Part shown: positions 37,651 through 49,591 of the stretch, in pieces | Position numbering within the stretch: position 1 is the first letter of the stretch | How the letters are laid out: every line of letters starts with the position of its first letter | DNA from: Tubulanus polymorphus | Lineage: Eukaryota; Animalia; Nemertea | DNA: 64,000 nucleotides | Direction of reading: 5' to 3' | Assembly: GCF_964204645.1 (NCBI RefSeq) | Contig: NC_134033.1 | Span: 5,542,231 to 5,606,230 of the forward strand | Made by a program: the position numbers and the translations under genes | The notes under the pieces: model-generated | Database searches by the model: none | Told to the model about the DNA's origin: nothing | What the model saw: only the letters and a program-made list of their open reading frames with translations

Positions 37651-38748
37651 ATGGAAGCTCAGATAAATGCGAGTTTGAGCTTCAATGCTACCGATGTCAC
37701 CGGCGTCACTGCAGCAAACGGCGGCTTCAAACCGCATCCCAGATGCAAATTCATCCACCATTCCGATTACAAACCGTTTCACGTGAACGCTTTCTATCAG
37801 GCGGCGAACTGGGTCGTCGCGAGCGTCGCCGCTTTCGGCGTCTTCCTAAACGTTTTGTCCTACGCGATTCTTCGCAAAGATAACGGGAAAAATACGAGTA
37901 TTTTCTATCTGAAATATCTGGCTATTCTAGACGCTTGTATGTGCGCATCGTATCTGTTATTCGACTTTCAAAATAAACTGTACAGTCACACGTTACTGCT
38001 CGACCATACCTTACAATTCAACCACTTCATTAAACGAACATACCCGTACACGCAGAAGATCAGATTCTACTTTTCTGGTGCAGCCGATTTGTTAATTCTA
38101 ATCATAGCCGTTGATAGATTTATCGTAGTACGGTGGCCTTTGAAAGCGAGCGCGCTAATTTCTTTGAAACGGGCTCGCTACAACACATTAGGAATTACGA
38201 TCTTAATGGCTGCTATTTCTTGTCCGTGGTTCTTTCAGAAATGGGCTAAGAGATCGACTAATCCGTGTACCGGTCACGAACGATGGATCACACGACTAAC
38301 GGCGTTCAACCAAAGTCGGAATTATCGTTTATACATGCTATTCGTGTACGCACCGGTGTTTCATATAGTCCCACCCGCCACCGTTCTCGTGTTAACGGCA
38401 AACATAATCAAAATACTCAAATCTACCACGAATACCCGGAAACACATGACGTCATCGACGATTCTTTCTAGGAATAAAGATGAACGCAGTTTGACGTTGG
38501 CTTTAGTGATAATCTGCTGTATCTATCTGGTTAAACGTACTCTGCTCATGTCCGGAACGGTAAATAACTTTCTTGTTTATAAATACGGTAAAAGTGGCTC
38601 GCTTCTAGCCGGCATCGGTCCGTACATGGACTTCGCGAAAGATCTGATGAGGAAATGTTCGGCGTCGGCGAATTTCTTCGTCTACGTCGCGTCGAGAAGG
38701 AAGTTCCGACATCGGCTCAAGGAGATGTTTGAGACGTGTAAACGTTAA
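37651..38748 (+). CDS. Intronless class A GPCR, FMRFamide-receptor-like (copy 3)
   Basis: 365 aa, near-identical to copies 1 and 2; flanks homologous to those of copy 2. Confidence 0.92.
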   Translation: MEAQINASLSFNATDVTGVTAANGGFKPHPRCKFIHHSDYKPFHVNAFYQAANWVVASVAAFGVFLNVLSYAILRKDNGKNTSIFYLKYLAILDACMCASYLLFDFQNKLYSHTLLLDHTLQFNHFIKRTYPYTQKIRFYFSGAADLLILIIAVDRFIVVRWPLKASALISLKRARYNTLGITILMAAISCPWFFQKWAKRSTNPCTGHERWITRLTAFNQSRNYRLYMLFVYAPVFHIVPPATVLVLTANIIKILKSTTNTRKHMTSSTILSRNKDERSLTLALVIICCIYLVKRTLLMSGTVNNFLVYKYGKSGSLLAGIGPYMDFAKDLMRKCSASANFFVYVASRRKFRHRLKEMFETCKR

Positions 38749-41700
38749 TGGGCCTAGAATATCTGGTTCGATGAGATTTGGGTGTTTCGTGGCTTTGAAT
38801 AACCAACACATAATAAAGTGCCATTTTCCACATTCTTAGGATCTGAAATAGTAAATCTAGCGTCGGGTGGTTTCACTTCAGTTGCTTCATTATTATTATA
38901 GTCGTCATTGTTATAAGGGCTGATTAAACATTGGAACACGCAACCGAAGCCTTTAATTCGCAATCAAACTGACAACATCTGAGCTGTATCAGGATTCTAA
39001 CCCGTTAGCCTAGATCCTTCTCGGCCACCAATCCGACTGATGGTTTAGGGCCCGACTGCATTCCGAATATTTGGAGTCGATCTATTTTCATCAACCCGTT
39101 GTCGATAATATGAGGCAATGAATATGTACGTATAATTTTTCTTATCTTCCTTCAAGGCATTAACAATCTTTCAAGTTGGTTTTGTTTTTACACGTATTGT
39201 ATCGTACGTCGCATTGTATCGTACGTTTGTCGTGAAACATCTATTACTACTGTCTCGCAGAGCATAGACACCGACCGTTAAGCCATGTGGAATTGGTATA
39301 AGGGCTATTCGGTTTACTTCAAAACAAGTCACTGATAAACTTTAAAAAGCTTCATATCAAGGGTAAGTCGTAGGACTCTTGATGCCCATGAATTATCATC
39401 CCATAATAACAATGAATCTAATTCTTTATGCACGTTAGCACGACTGATTACCAATCCAAATATTGTAAACATGGATTAGAAAAAAAAACAATTACACACA
39501 ACGTCAGGCACTTACAGCGAGACAGTTGCGCATAAGTTACGGCTTTGACTGCCAATGACAAAAAAGCTTGATTTGAAAAGTACACTTGCACGCTGTGGTT
39601 TAAATATATTCCCACCAGCTGCAAGAATCTGCAGAGGAATTGGAGACCGTAGTGACCAGTTCATTCCACGAATATAAGCTGGAAAGAAAGTTATCGACAT
39701 AAATAGTCATATACATGAGTATAAACCAGCCCCTTACTAAGTACTTAGGATTTCTCCACTGGCTCTACACACTACATTAAGGGCCTGGATTTATTCTAGG
39801 TGTAACCCCAAAAAATGCTAGGCATTAAGTAGGTAGCCAACAATGATCATTGGCGTAGCTTCGCGGAGTACTCATTTGCTACCATATGTATACTCATATC
39901 ATAGCACCACCCAGTGGTAAGGTGACCTTAACTGCAGTTAGACCAAAAAACCATGTCTAACATTCCCTGGTTAATGGATTCTCACCTTAAATTACATAAA
40001 CTCTGCTGCCGTTGACATCGATCCGAGTCGTCAAGTGAACGCGGAAGTAAAATTCCATATGAAAATCCCTAACATTTCAGTCCATATTACGTTGATTTGA
40101 GTCAGAAATCTTCGTGAAATGCAGCCAACGTAAATTGATTTACGAATAGAATTTATCAATTGACTCATTTTAGGGATCATAGTTAATGTAAGTCCTAAAA
40201 CTCGCTATAGATTTGCGATAAATTTAAGCCGAAAATGATTTCCACCATCCGCCATGTTCTTCCATTAATAAGACTCTGCGCACTGGCTGATATTGTTCGC
40301 GGTAACTGACGGATGCGGACTAATTTTAAGTCTGAATTCGTGAATTACGGTTGAGTTTGACGCTCGAGGTCGTCAGGTAATTTGTAGGCTTTCCGGATGT
40401 ACTATTATCAATGGATGACAATGCTTTGCGTTATTCTTGTCGCTGTTTAGACCCGGTAATTACACGGGATTTATTCATAACAAATTACTATACGCAAATT
40501 CGAAATGGTCAGACGCTGAGTTGTATTTCTGTCAGAATTGAAAATTACGTTCATAAGCTGTTAGTAGTCCAATCTGAGAGGAGATACATTTCATGAAAAA
40601 GATATGTCTGGAAAGTGGAAAAGGAATAATCACGATGATTACAATACGGTTTCTTCGAAGAAGCAGAGACCCTTATTATAAAAAAGAATTTTATCATTTC
40701 CTGGGGATGTATGATTCTAGAAATGAAAGACTGGATTTAATTTGTCATCTTAATTGTGACTTTCTTCGTCCAGGTTGTTGTGAAAATGTTGTCTTGACAA
40801 ATAGGGGGAAGCCTAGGCCCAACACACCCATCCTGGTGTGGGTACAATGACCTACGAATCGTGTATACAATAGATCTTATTTTTAGATACAATGGGTACT
40901 GTGGTTGGTTATTGACAGAGGCTTTATACATTCATTATTAAGTATGACAGGCCCTGGCGTTCGCATGAACCGTCTCTGGATACGTCGGAATTCTCACTCG
41001 AAATGGGTGGTACAGTCGCCAGCTCACTGCTCTTTGAAATATATACAACTTTAGAGACATAGAACAGAACTAAAAGTATGACGATGGCTGGGTCGACCAG
41101 CTGAAATACTATAGTTAGTAAAGAATCAGCATTAGGCAGATTTCGGCCTCTCTCATTTAATTGTGGCACTATAATGCTATCACGTTATGTACGCCACGAA
41201 ATCTGACCTGATTTTGTCAACTGCAATGAACAATTTATCTATCATAGATCATTTCTCGTTGATCTATATTACATGTAAATAACATAACGGAATTTGGGTC
41301 AAATTGACAGATAAGTTAAACCTTGAATTACTAATAGCACAGCGTCAACGCACTAAGTGCGATACAAACAAATAAACGTCTGACATGTGATATGCGTCAT
41401 GGAAAATAACTGGTGCAGCCTATATTCGGGGTTCATCCTTGTTCGTGTAGAGTAGTTTGTTAACTATCTGACAGCTTGTTGTTGTTCATGTGTTTGCTTC
41501 CTTGATGTTGCTGATTCATAGGATTACGTGAATTTGAAATGAACACTTGGCAACTCTTTTATGAATAAAAGGTATATCAGTTTGAGATGGGATTTATCAG
41601 AGGGACAAAATAGATAGTTTGGTGCGTTCGTTGCGACAAGAATACGATCAACCTATACCGGAATAGCATGTTCTGTAAACCTGATAGAAGCGGTCGCCGG

Positions 41701-42038
41701 TGCTGAGTTTGTAATCCGTAAACCTGATAGTTCAAGTGGCCGGTAGAGAGTTTGGCAGATTCCGATCGGTCTCTGCCGATTCCGAAAGTCTCGGTATTGA
41801 GTTTGTGAATCTCGAATCGATATTACTTAAACGATTGAAATCTGCCTTTAAAGGTGAATAGTACAAATTACGTAAAAAAATCAACGTGGGCAGCTTGTGT
41901 GTTAACATGAGTAGGCTTAACTTTGAAACCAGGCATATGTGCTTGTTCAGAAAAGTATGTGTGCTTTGTCAGCACTTTTTGAGCTGCAAATGACTGAATT
42001 GTGAATTTTGTTTTTCAGTAGGCCTAAAATAATGCATA

Positions 42039-42174
42039 ATGGCGGAGAGTAATCCACAGATAAACGTAGATAATTCGGAATCAGTTCAAATCGGCGACAA
42101 ATGTACAATGATAATAAATCAGTGTTGCCACCATGAAGATAAACTATCCAACGAAAGACCTCCTCAGAATCTAG
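42039..42174 (+). CDS. First coding exon of the NLR, encoding a RHIM motif
   Basis: MAESNPQINVDNSESVQIGDKCTMIINQCCHHEDKLSNERPPQNL; in-frame TAA at 42030 fixes the start; acceptor ttttcag at 42018. Confidence 0.8.
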
Positions 42175-45100
42175 GTAATTATCGATTTTAACCATCTTAA
42201 CCGTTAAGGGGGCTCGTTTTGGTTCTAGGGCACCGTACTCTTTTTGACCTCCGAAGTCTCCAACCGAATTATCCGGTTGGCTCCACACTAAATCCGAATC
42301 GCACCCGCACCTTAACAGGACGGAGGTTTGGAACACGCTAAAAGGTCATTTGACCAATATAAGAATACGATTGGAGGCAAACGGATGCTCCGATCTGATT
42401 ACTGAGTAAAGCCTTACTGCAATCGTAAATCATAAGACTTTTCCAAAGGCCGGAGACAACAAGGATACCTTGCCCCTGGAGAATGGTCCAATCGACCCAC
42501 TTGGTTTTAATCTTTGTACAAAACACAAAAAGAAAAATAGGATATTAACCCACCATGTAGCCTATTATCTGAAAACAAATATGAAATCATTATTTCTCTG
42601 ATCGAAAATAAGGTACTTCATGTAGTAATTGTTTTATATTTGCACTATAAAAATCCAAAACTGATCTAATTATTACAGAAGTCAATCAAGTTCAGAAGTG
42701 TCTCGAACGAACGTACGACCAAATGATCGATGTTGAAGATTACAAAGAGGTTTGGTGGAGCGATAAATTCATCAATTTCCACGACTTCTTCACCAGAGAA
42801 CACGCAAAAATTCGACCCCGAAAGCAGAATGAAAACAACGAGGAGCAGTCAGTGATTTTACCCGATGATTTCGAGAAGCTTTTCGCTTATTACCCGCGCG
42901 CTATGAAACGTGTGTGCCTCGTAGGTGAGCCCGGTATGGGTAAAACAACGCAGGTTATAAATCTGGTTTTGAACTGGACGAGCTCACCGACGGAGTTTCT
43001 AAAGGGGTTCCCTATGTTGTTTTATATACCGTTAAATGATCTGCCCACTGATAACCCGTGTATTCATACGTACATTTTCGAAAATCTTTTGAATCAAGAA
43101 ATCAAACAGGATCTGCCGATTAGTATTTTTGAGACATTCGTACGGAAAAATTCAGAGAAGGCGATATTCTTTCTAGACGGCTTCGACGAGTTGAAAAGCG
43201 ATAAAGCGAAGAAGGACATCGTACGCGTTATCAATGCATTACCGAAAGCGCATATCGTCATAACAACACGTGAGTCCGGGGGCAGCATAATCGTCACTGA
43301 TCCAAAATTCACCGTTGCTTCGATATCCGGCTTCAGAATGGAAGAGGTCATCGACATTATGAGGAGAAAATTTCCACAGCGCGATCCGTATGATCTGTTC
43401 AACATGCTCAGTAACAAAGTAACTCCTTTATTTAAAAGTATCTACTACAACCCTCTGATACTACATATGTTTTGTTTTCTCTATATGGACGAAGAAGAAA
43501 TTACGGTTCCGTCCAAACTCACCAATATCTACATCGATATGACATGTTTTCTGATCAGTAAACGCGAGGGTTTCGACTTGTCGTCGGAATGTTTTTTCGG
43601 CGATATTGAAAATTCGGTAGCGCTCAAACAAATTTGTAAAATTGCGTACGAGACGCTCATCGCGCGTCAAAACAGCTTTAGCGAAAATCGTCTGAAACCC
43701 GACGAATCGAAGAGGACGGCTTTGACGTGCAAAGAGGTGTCACCGCGACATAAATCGGACCGCTCCGTCCAGCTACGATTTGTTCACAAATCTGTGCAAG
43801 AATTTCTGGCGGCGGTAGACTCGGTCGTGCAATTCAACGATCATTGTGGCGAAATACCCTGGAACAGATGCGCGTTTGATCAACTACCGGACGAACTTGA
43901 GAAATATGGCGAATTATACCCGAGATTCGTTGCAGGGCTACTGCATCGTTACATGCATAACCGTGGCCTTGCTGAACTCTTCAAGACTTTGATAGATGAT
44001 AGATTTGTAAAAGTAAAAGTGGAGGGTTTCGTGGATGTATTTAGCCGTCGAAATGGACTCCTGATGGCGCTCGTCCCCGATTACGAACGCTTCATCCAGT
44101 TACAATCCGAAAGCTATCAATTATCAGATCAGTTGTTAATCTACCTGAATGAAGCCGACTGTCCGGACGACGCCATCGGCGAAATCGTTCACTACATGGG
44201 AAAAATGTTAATCGTCCGTGTGGATAGCGGATTCGAAATAAACGTACTGGCAAAAATACTCCGACAAAACGAATGCCCGATCGAGGTTGTTTACATAATA
44301 GATCTCAATTACGAACTGGAACCCGGTGGATGCGCCGATGAATACCGCGAATTAGGAACGGCCATAACTAGTAACACTAGTCTTCGGGGTATGATAGTTA
44401 AGACGGACACGTCATCGTCATTAGACGGACCAAATCCGTACTTGCCTACGTGTCAGAAGAGCAACAGTATAGATTGGTTTGTGTGGGAAGATGGAAATAA
44501 TGTTTGTATATGTTACAAGAAGTTTAATTGCGAATGGACTAGAACCAGTCGGTTGATTACGCGTGAAGATGAAGATCAGCTGACCAGTCGTGATGCTTTC
44601 ACAAAGAGTAGAGAAGAAATTCTGTTAATCGAAACTGCGGCTAGTTCGAAACTTTTAGGCGATATTCGGAAATCCTATCCATTCGTAAAGCATTTATTTC
44701 TCCAAGTACCTCCGGTTAAAAGCGAAAATGTGATCGGAGAGCTGACGAAGATAATACCGGTGTTGAAGAGCGTTCACCTCAACGAGATCTTCGATGAATA
44801 TTTGAGCGGGGAAGAATTTAACTACTTTAACAACGCCTTAAAGTCTTCAGATATCGAAACAATTTGGCTCGATCTGAAGAAATTAACCACAAGTCAATGG
44901 GCAGAAATTAGCGACAGCGTCGGTTCAATGCCGAAACTTAAGCACCTTTTTGCTAATGCAAGAATAAGCCGAATTCTAGATCAACTGCCACAGCTGACAG
45001 TGTTATCAATAGATTTGCGTTCAGGAGCTGACGGCGACGCGCTTGTTCGGTATCTGTCATCGAATGCGGTAAACGAGCTGCGAGAAGTCGCTATCTCGAT

Positions 45101-45373
45101 GGAACGAAACATCACATTACCATCTTACGACAAATTAAAACGGTATCGACGCTTCGTAGGTTAAAGTTACTCGCGCATAGAAAAAGCATCGATACACAGG
45201 ACGATATCGACAAAAACGTCGAATTAATCGTCGAATTAATCGATAATCTAGCGCACCTGTCTTTTCTGCATATCGGTTATACGGGCGGCGACCATACTGC
45301 GATCATAGACGACATCAAATCAGCGCTAAAGGAACTCAATAAAAAATTGAGAGTCATTTTATCACCTTGGTAG
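42039..45373 (+). CDS. NLR: N-terminal RHIM - NACHT - degenerate LRR
   Basis: Exon 42039..42174 (G|GTAATT, phase 1) joins acag|42679 in frame with ORF 42723. Walker A GEPGMGKT, Walker B IFFLDGFDEL, sensor IVITTR, NPLIL, winged helix FVHKSVQEFLAA. The frame stops at 45164, but LRR-like coding continues in the -1 frame to TAG 45373. Confidence 0.85.
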
Positions 45374-46499
45374 TTCCCCTCTACGACGAACAACGTCCGT
45401 TCTAGAGACGGAACGGAACTGCACTGATATAAAAATTTAATCATGAAATCACCGTCGTGAAACATGTATTTCTGTTGAAATCTTAACTGCCCACTTATTA
45501 TCTAGTATAATTTCGATAATATTCAGCTGGAAATTATATTTCATACATTGGATTCCGTAAGTTTAGATATTTCCTTTGGGGGAATGGGGTACGCGCACAA
45601 CAAGCTATCCCGCCAGATGGCGTGACGAGTAGTAGGTCACCCGATGTCAAAATTAGTTCATTTTCAATGAACTTTGAACTGGATTTTTGGACTGTCTCCC
45701 GAATCGATATTATTATCACCCAGCACCCAGCAAATACACAATACTTTCATTCTTCTACTCGGACATCGCTGTAGCTTTCTCAAATAATTTATTCACATTT
45801 GGAGAAAAGTTTTCATTCAGACTTTATTGAAATGTAGAACGACCAAATATCTACTAGCGAACCTGGCGGATCCTCGCCTGCCATACGTGGAATCCTCGAT
45901 TGCCACAGTAGCACTGCGCGTACCCGTTTTGAGAATGCCGAGAAAGTTGTTGATTATACGAACAGTTATATCAACATTATGCTGGTATAACTGCTACCAT
46001 AGTAAATTTTCTAGTTAAATCTCTGTTTTATTCTGCTTTGCGCCTCAATAAAATAGATATATCGCAATAATTCATATCATCTTATTACCGTCATTTTTGT
46101 TCGTGATTCTATTGTTTCGTGGGCTGATCACCACTGCCATGTGAATCATGTTTTAAAAACGGCGTCTGGTTACTGGAAACATCCCCAAAGATCACAATCG
46201 GACTCGATTCACTCTAGTTTCACATAGTCAGGAATGGAACAATAGCTGATATTTTTGATTGATATATTGTGGGTTTTGTTCAATTAGTTGCTAGACTTTA
46301 TCAGTCCGCGAGCACCTGCGAGGATCGAGATGGGGACAACACTTCACTGCCGAGTAAAACTGATAGAAACCGCAAACTTTATGTGCCTTGGATTTTTTTA
46401 TAGTTTTTCAGAAAGTCAAACAATTTATAAACCTAAAGAAACGCGAGAAATCCTACAATAAATACAGCCGAAACGAGAAAAGAAGAGTATATATATTTG

Positions 46500-46539
46500 C
46501 GCAACGTTTCGGCTAAAGACTATAAGCCATCATCGGGCG
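46500..46539 (-). ncRNA. Second Penelope-type minimal hammerhead, with a core variant
   Basis: CGC-CCGAUGA-U-GGCU(loop)AGCC-GAAA-CG-UU^GCG; U4C change in CUGANGA; AACGUU palindrome. Confidence 0.6.
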
Positions 46540-47599
46540 TAGTGAGAACAGGAGAATATTACAATTTGTTTATACAAGGACAAAACAAAAGAACTGAGTC
46601 AGTGATTAAAAAGTCGAAAGGGAAACATATATTAAAGTAATTTGGCGATAGATTTAACAAAAAACAAAAAGGCGGCCTTTTCGATCGTAGAAAATTCAGA
46701 TTCCGGTTCTGGAGAGTAAGGTAATTTATTTAAGGTGATTCGATTTGTACCACGTGACTGAAGAGTAAAACGATTAGGAGGTGCTAACCCAGAACCCCCC
46801 TTTTGACCAAGTGCCCAAAATCACATGTGAAAGAATTCGCCCTACATTGATCTGTGACAAGAGTCTACAGTACTTCTTTAAGCAGTAATATGCACTGAAA
46901 TAACATAAAATACGGTATACCTTAATTTGCAACGTTTCTGGGGAGGACCCCCGCAAGGGCATATGGCATGCAGCGTTCGCCGGGACGCCCTACACCAGTA
47001 AGGAAGTACCCCTGTCATACGAGGCTCAAGCCCCTGATTTCATAGTTGCTTATAGATTAAAACGCTTTCGGTCAAAACCGTCGTCAGCAAAAGTGCAAAT
47101 TTTACCATCCGCGCTTGCCAGGGCTCGATTGTCACCCACCGAAGCTCACAACATTAACAATCCTGGCGGCAAGCGCTAAATATTAAAAAAAAACTTGTTT
47201 GGTTGAATACATGTGTGAATATATCGACACTGAATTGTTGTTTTTATGTTTGAGGAATTCATAAACCGGTTTTGATAATGAGAGCGACTTGCTTTGTCGT
47301 GAGAGATTAAACCTGACAGGAGTCTGGCACTGACACACAGACACACACACACAAGTATAATATCGGTAGGTATTTTTCTAATGTGTTTTAAAATTCTCCA
47401 GTGATATTGATTATAAGATATATGATCTGAAAATCGTAAATTTGTTTAACGAGACTTGTCAGTTTGGCGGATTACGTTGACTAAAATATCGAGGATTAGT
47501 TGATTCAATGCGGAACTTCCAACAATTCAATTGAGGATAACATTCAGTAGGAAACTATCGAATCCACTAGGTTTGCAGGTTTTAGATCTAACTTTACTT

Positions 47600-48045
47600 G
47601 AGATTCTGTCACTTCAACCTAATCTCACAATCAGAATAATCTGTTTTCTCTTACCTTTCACAATCAGATTCATCCGATTTAACTAATCTCTCTTATTCAG
47701 AATAATCTGATCTAACTAATCCCACAATCAGAATGATCATTTAAGAATCATTTAACCACAATCAGAATGATTTGATTTAACCAATCTAACATCGATTTAA
47801 CTAATCTCACTGTCAGAATTAATCTGACTTAACCAATTCCACAATCAGAATTGTTTCATTTAACCACAATCAAAATGGTTTGATTTAACCAATTTCACAA
47901 TCAAAATAATATGATTTAACCAATCCCACAATCAGAATTGTTTCATTTAACCACAACCAGAATTGTTTGATTTAACCAATCTAACATCGATTAAACTAAT
48001 CCCACAATCAGAATGATCTGATTTAACCAATCTCACAATCCGATA
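47600..48045. repeat. Degenerate ~30-bp minisatellite (GATTTAACCAATCCCACAATCAGAAT)
   Basis: More than 12 units; related copies at 48850-48945. Confidence 0.85.
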
Positions 48046-49591
48046 TCGTGCTGTATTATGAAATAGTATACAATCATCATAATTCATACAATACGCGTCT
48101 CGTACAGTTAGTAAATTACTACTAACTGCTACTACTACAAAATATAGATATAAATTCGATTAAAAGGAATTAACGAAGAAAGTAGGTATTTAAGTGGAAA
48201 ATCAGTTGAAGTATTTGGAAATAAGTAGACTATTTGAGCTCATAGTCTTGTCCTAAGGGAATTAATATCAACACGAATTCATTATCTGCAATCGAAAAAT
48301 TCGAAATAACTTCAATCGACTAATGTTTAGTCGTGTGTCTATTTTTGGTTTAAATTCCGTTTGGAATGAAAGATTTCTAGAACTGATTCGAGTATTTCCG
48401 TCGTTACGGAAATAGGTCAAGCGCCTTTCGAATCGATGCTTTTTTCCGGCGGAAAATCCACATTTCGCAAACAGCTTGTCAACCAGGAAGTTATCTAGAC
48501 AGTTGTGCGTCAACGTTAGGGTTTATTCCACGACTATATCGACATTTAAATGTTAGAGGTCGATCACGTTATTCGTATGTATATTACATTTTATTTCGTT
48601 TCGTTTGTTTCGCTGTGTCAAATTTATAGCTTGTCAAAAAATGAAAACGTAAGTTATTTCGCTGCGATAGAGGTTTTAAAGCATTCTAAAGAATTATTGG
48701 ACTGTACATAGAAAACAAATTTTTGTCAGTGTCAGTAAAATGTGGGAGCGGTTAAATGTTGGCCGACCATTATTGAATATACGGCCACGTTCATACGCGC
48801 TGTCGAAGAAACATTCGAAATTCCACCCGGTGATAGGAATTAGAATAATTTGATTTCTCTAATCTCACAATCCGAATCTGATTCTGATTTAATTCATCAA
48901 GCAATCAGAATAATTTGATTTTACTATTCTCACAATCAGAATAATAAAAATGGAATACTTAACTGCTCACGATCGGGTGATCTAATCGGACCTGAGTTCC
49001 CAACCATTGGCTTTGTCACATTTTGAGTAACGATGACTCGTGATTTCGGCAAAGTCAACTCACATCTGACTGATATCTACTGACCTAATTTTTCGCTAAA
49101 TGACGAACGGTCGAAGGAAGCAGCTCCTAATTCACCGGCGTGCTGTAGAACTGTCTCACAGTCGTTGAAATACCGATAAATGGCGAAACATTTCAAAAGA
49201 TGTTTCTTTAAAAGATGTTTTTTTTTAAATCGCAGAAAAATTCCCCGAAATCTCGCCATTGAACCCGATACACAACTATACTCGTAGGGAATATAGGCAT
49301 AGATCTACACGTATACTTGTGTAGTATTAACGATAAATTTTTCATATGCCGATCGCATTTGTTATCATCGCTAGTCAAATGGAAACCACAGCTTTATGCC
49401 GAGAACGTCAGGTTTTGAATTCATTTTATCAAAATTTCTTCGCCCACTCTTTCCTTTTATAACGAGTCCGAAGATTCAAATGCTGTTCACGTCATTTTCT
49501 ATTCTAGATTCAGATCGTTTAATCCGTTGTGTGAAATCGAGACTTATTGAATGGGAATCTAGAGGTCGATATTGGCGGAAACACTCCGAAA

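Noticed and set aside
39200-42000. Adjacent RHIM-bearing effector gene or upstream death-fold exon for the NLR
   Set aside because: No second RHIM, HeLo/4HB or death-domain-like exon recognised by eye here or in 45400-49500; the in-frame stop at 42030 excludes an N-terminal extension. Donors at ~40377 and ~41853 may be 5'UTR exons.
45130-45145. Programmed -1 ribosomal frameshift in the NLR
   Set aside because: No canonical X XXY YYZ heptamer or evident stimulatory structure; a simple indel is more likely.
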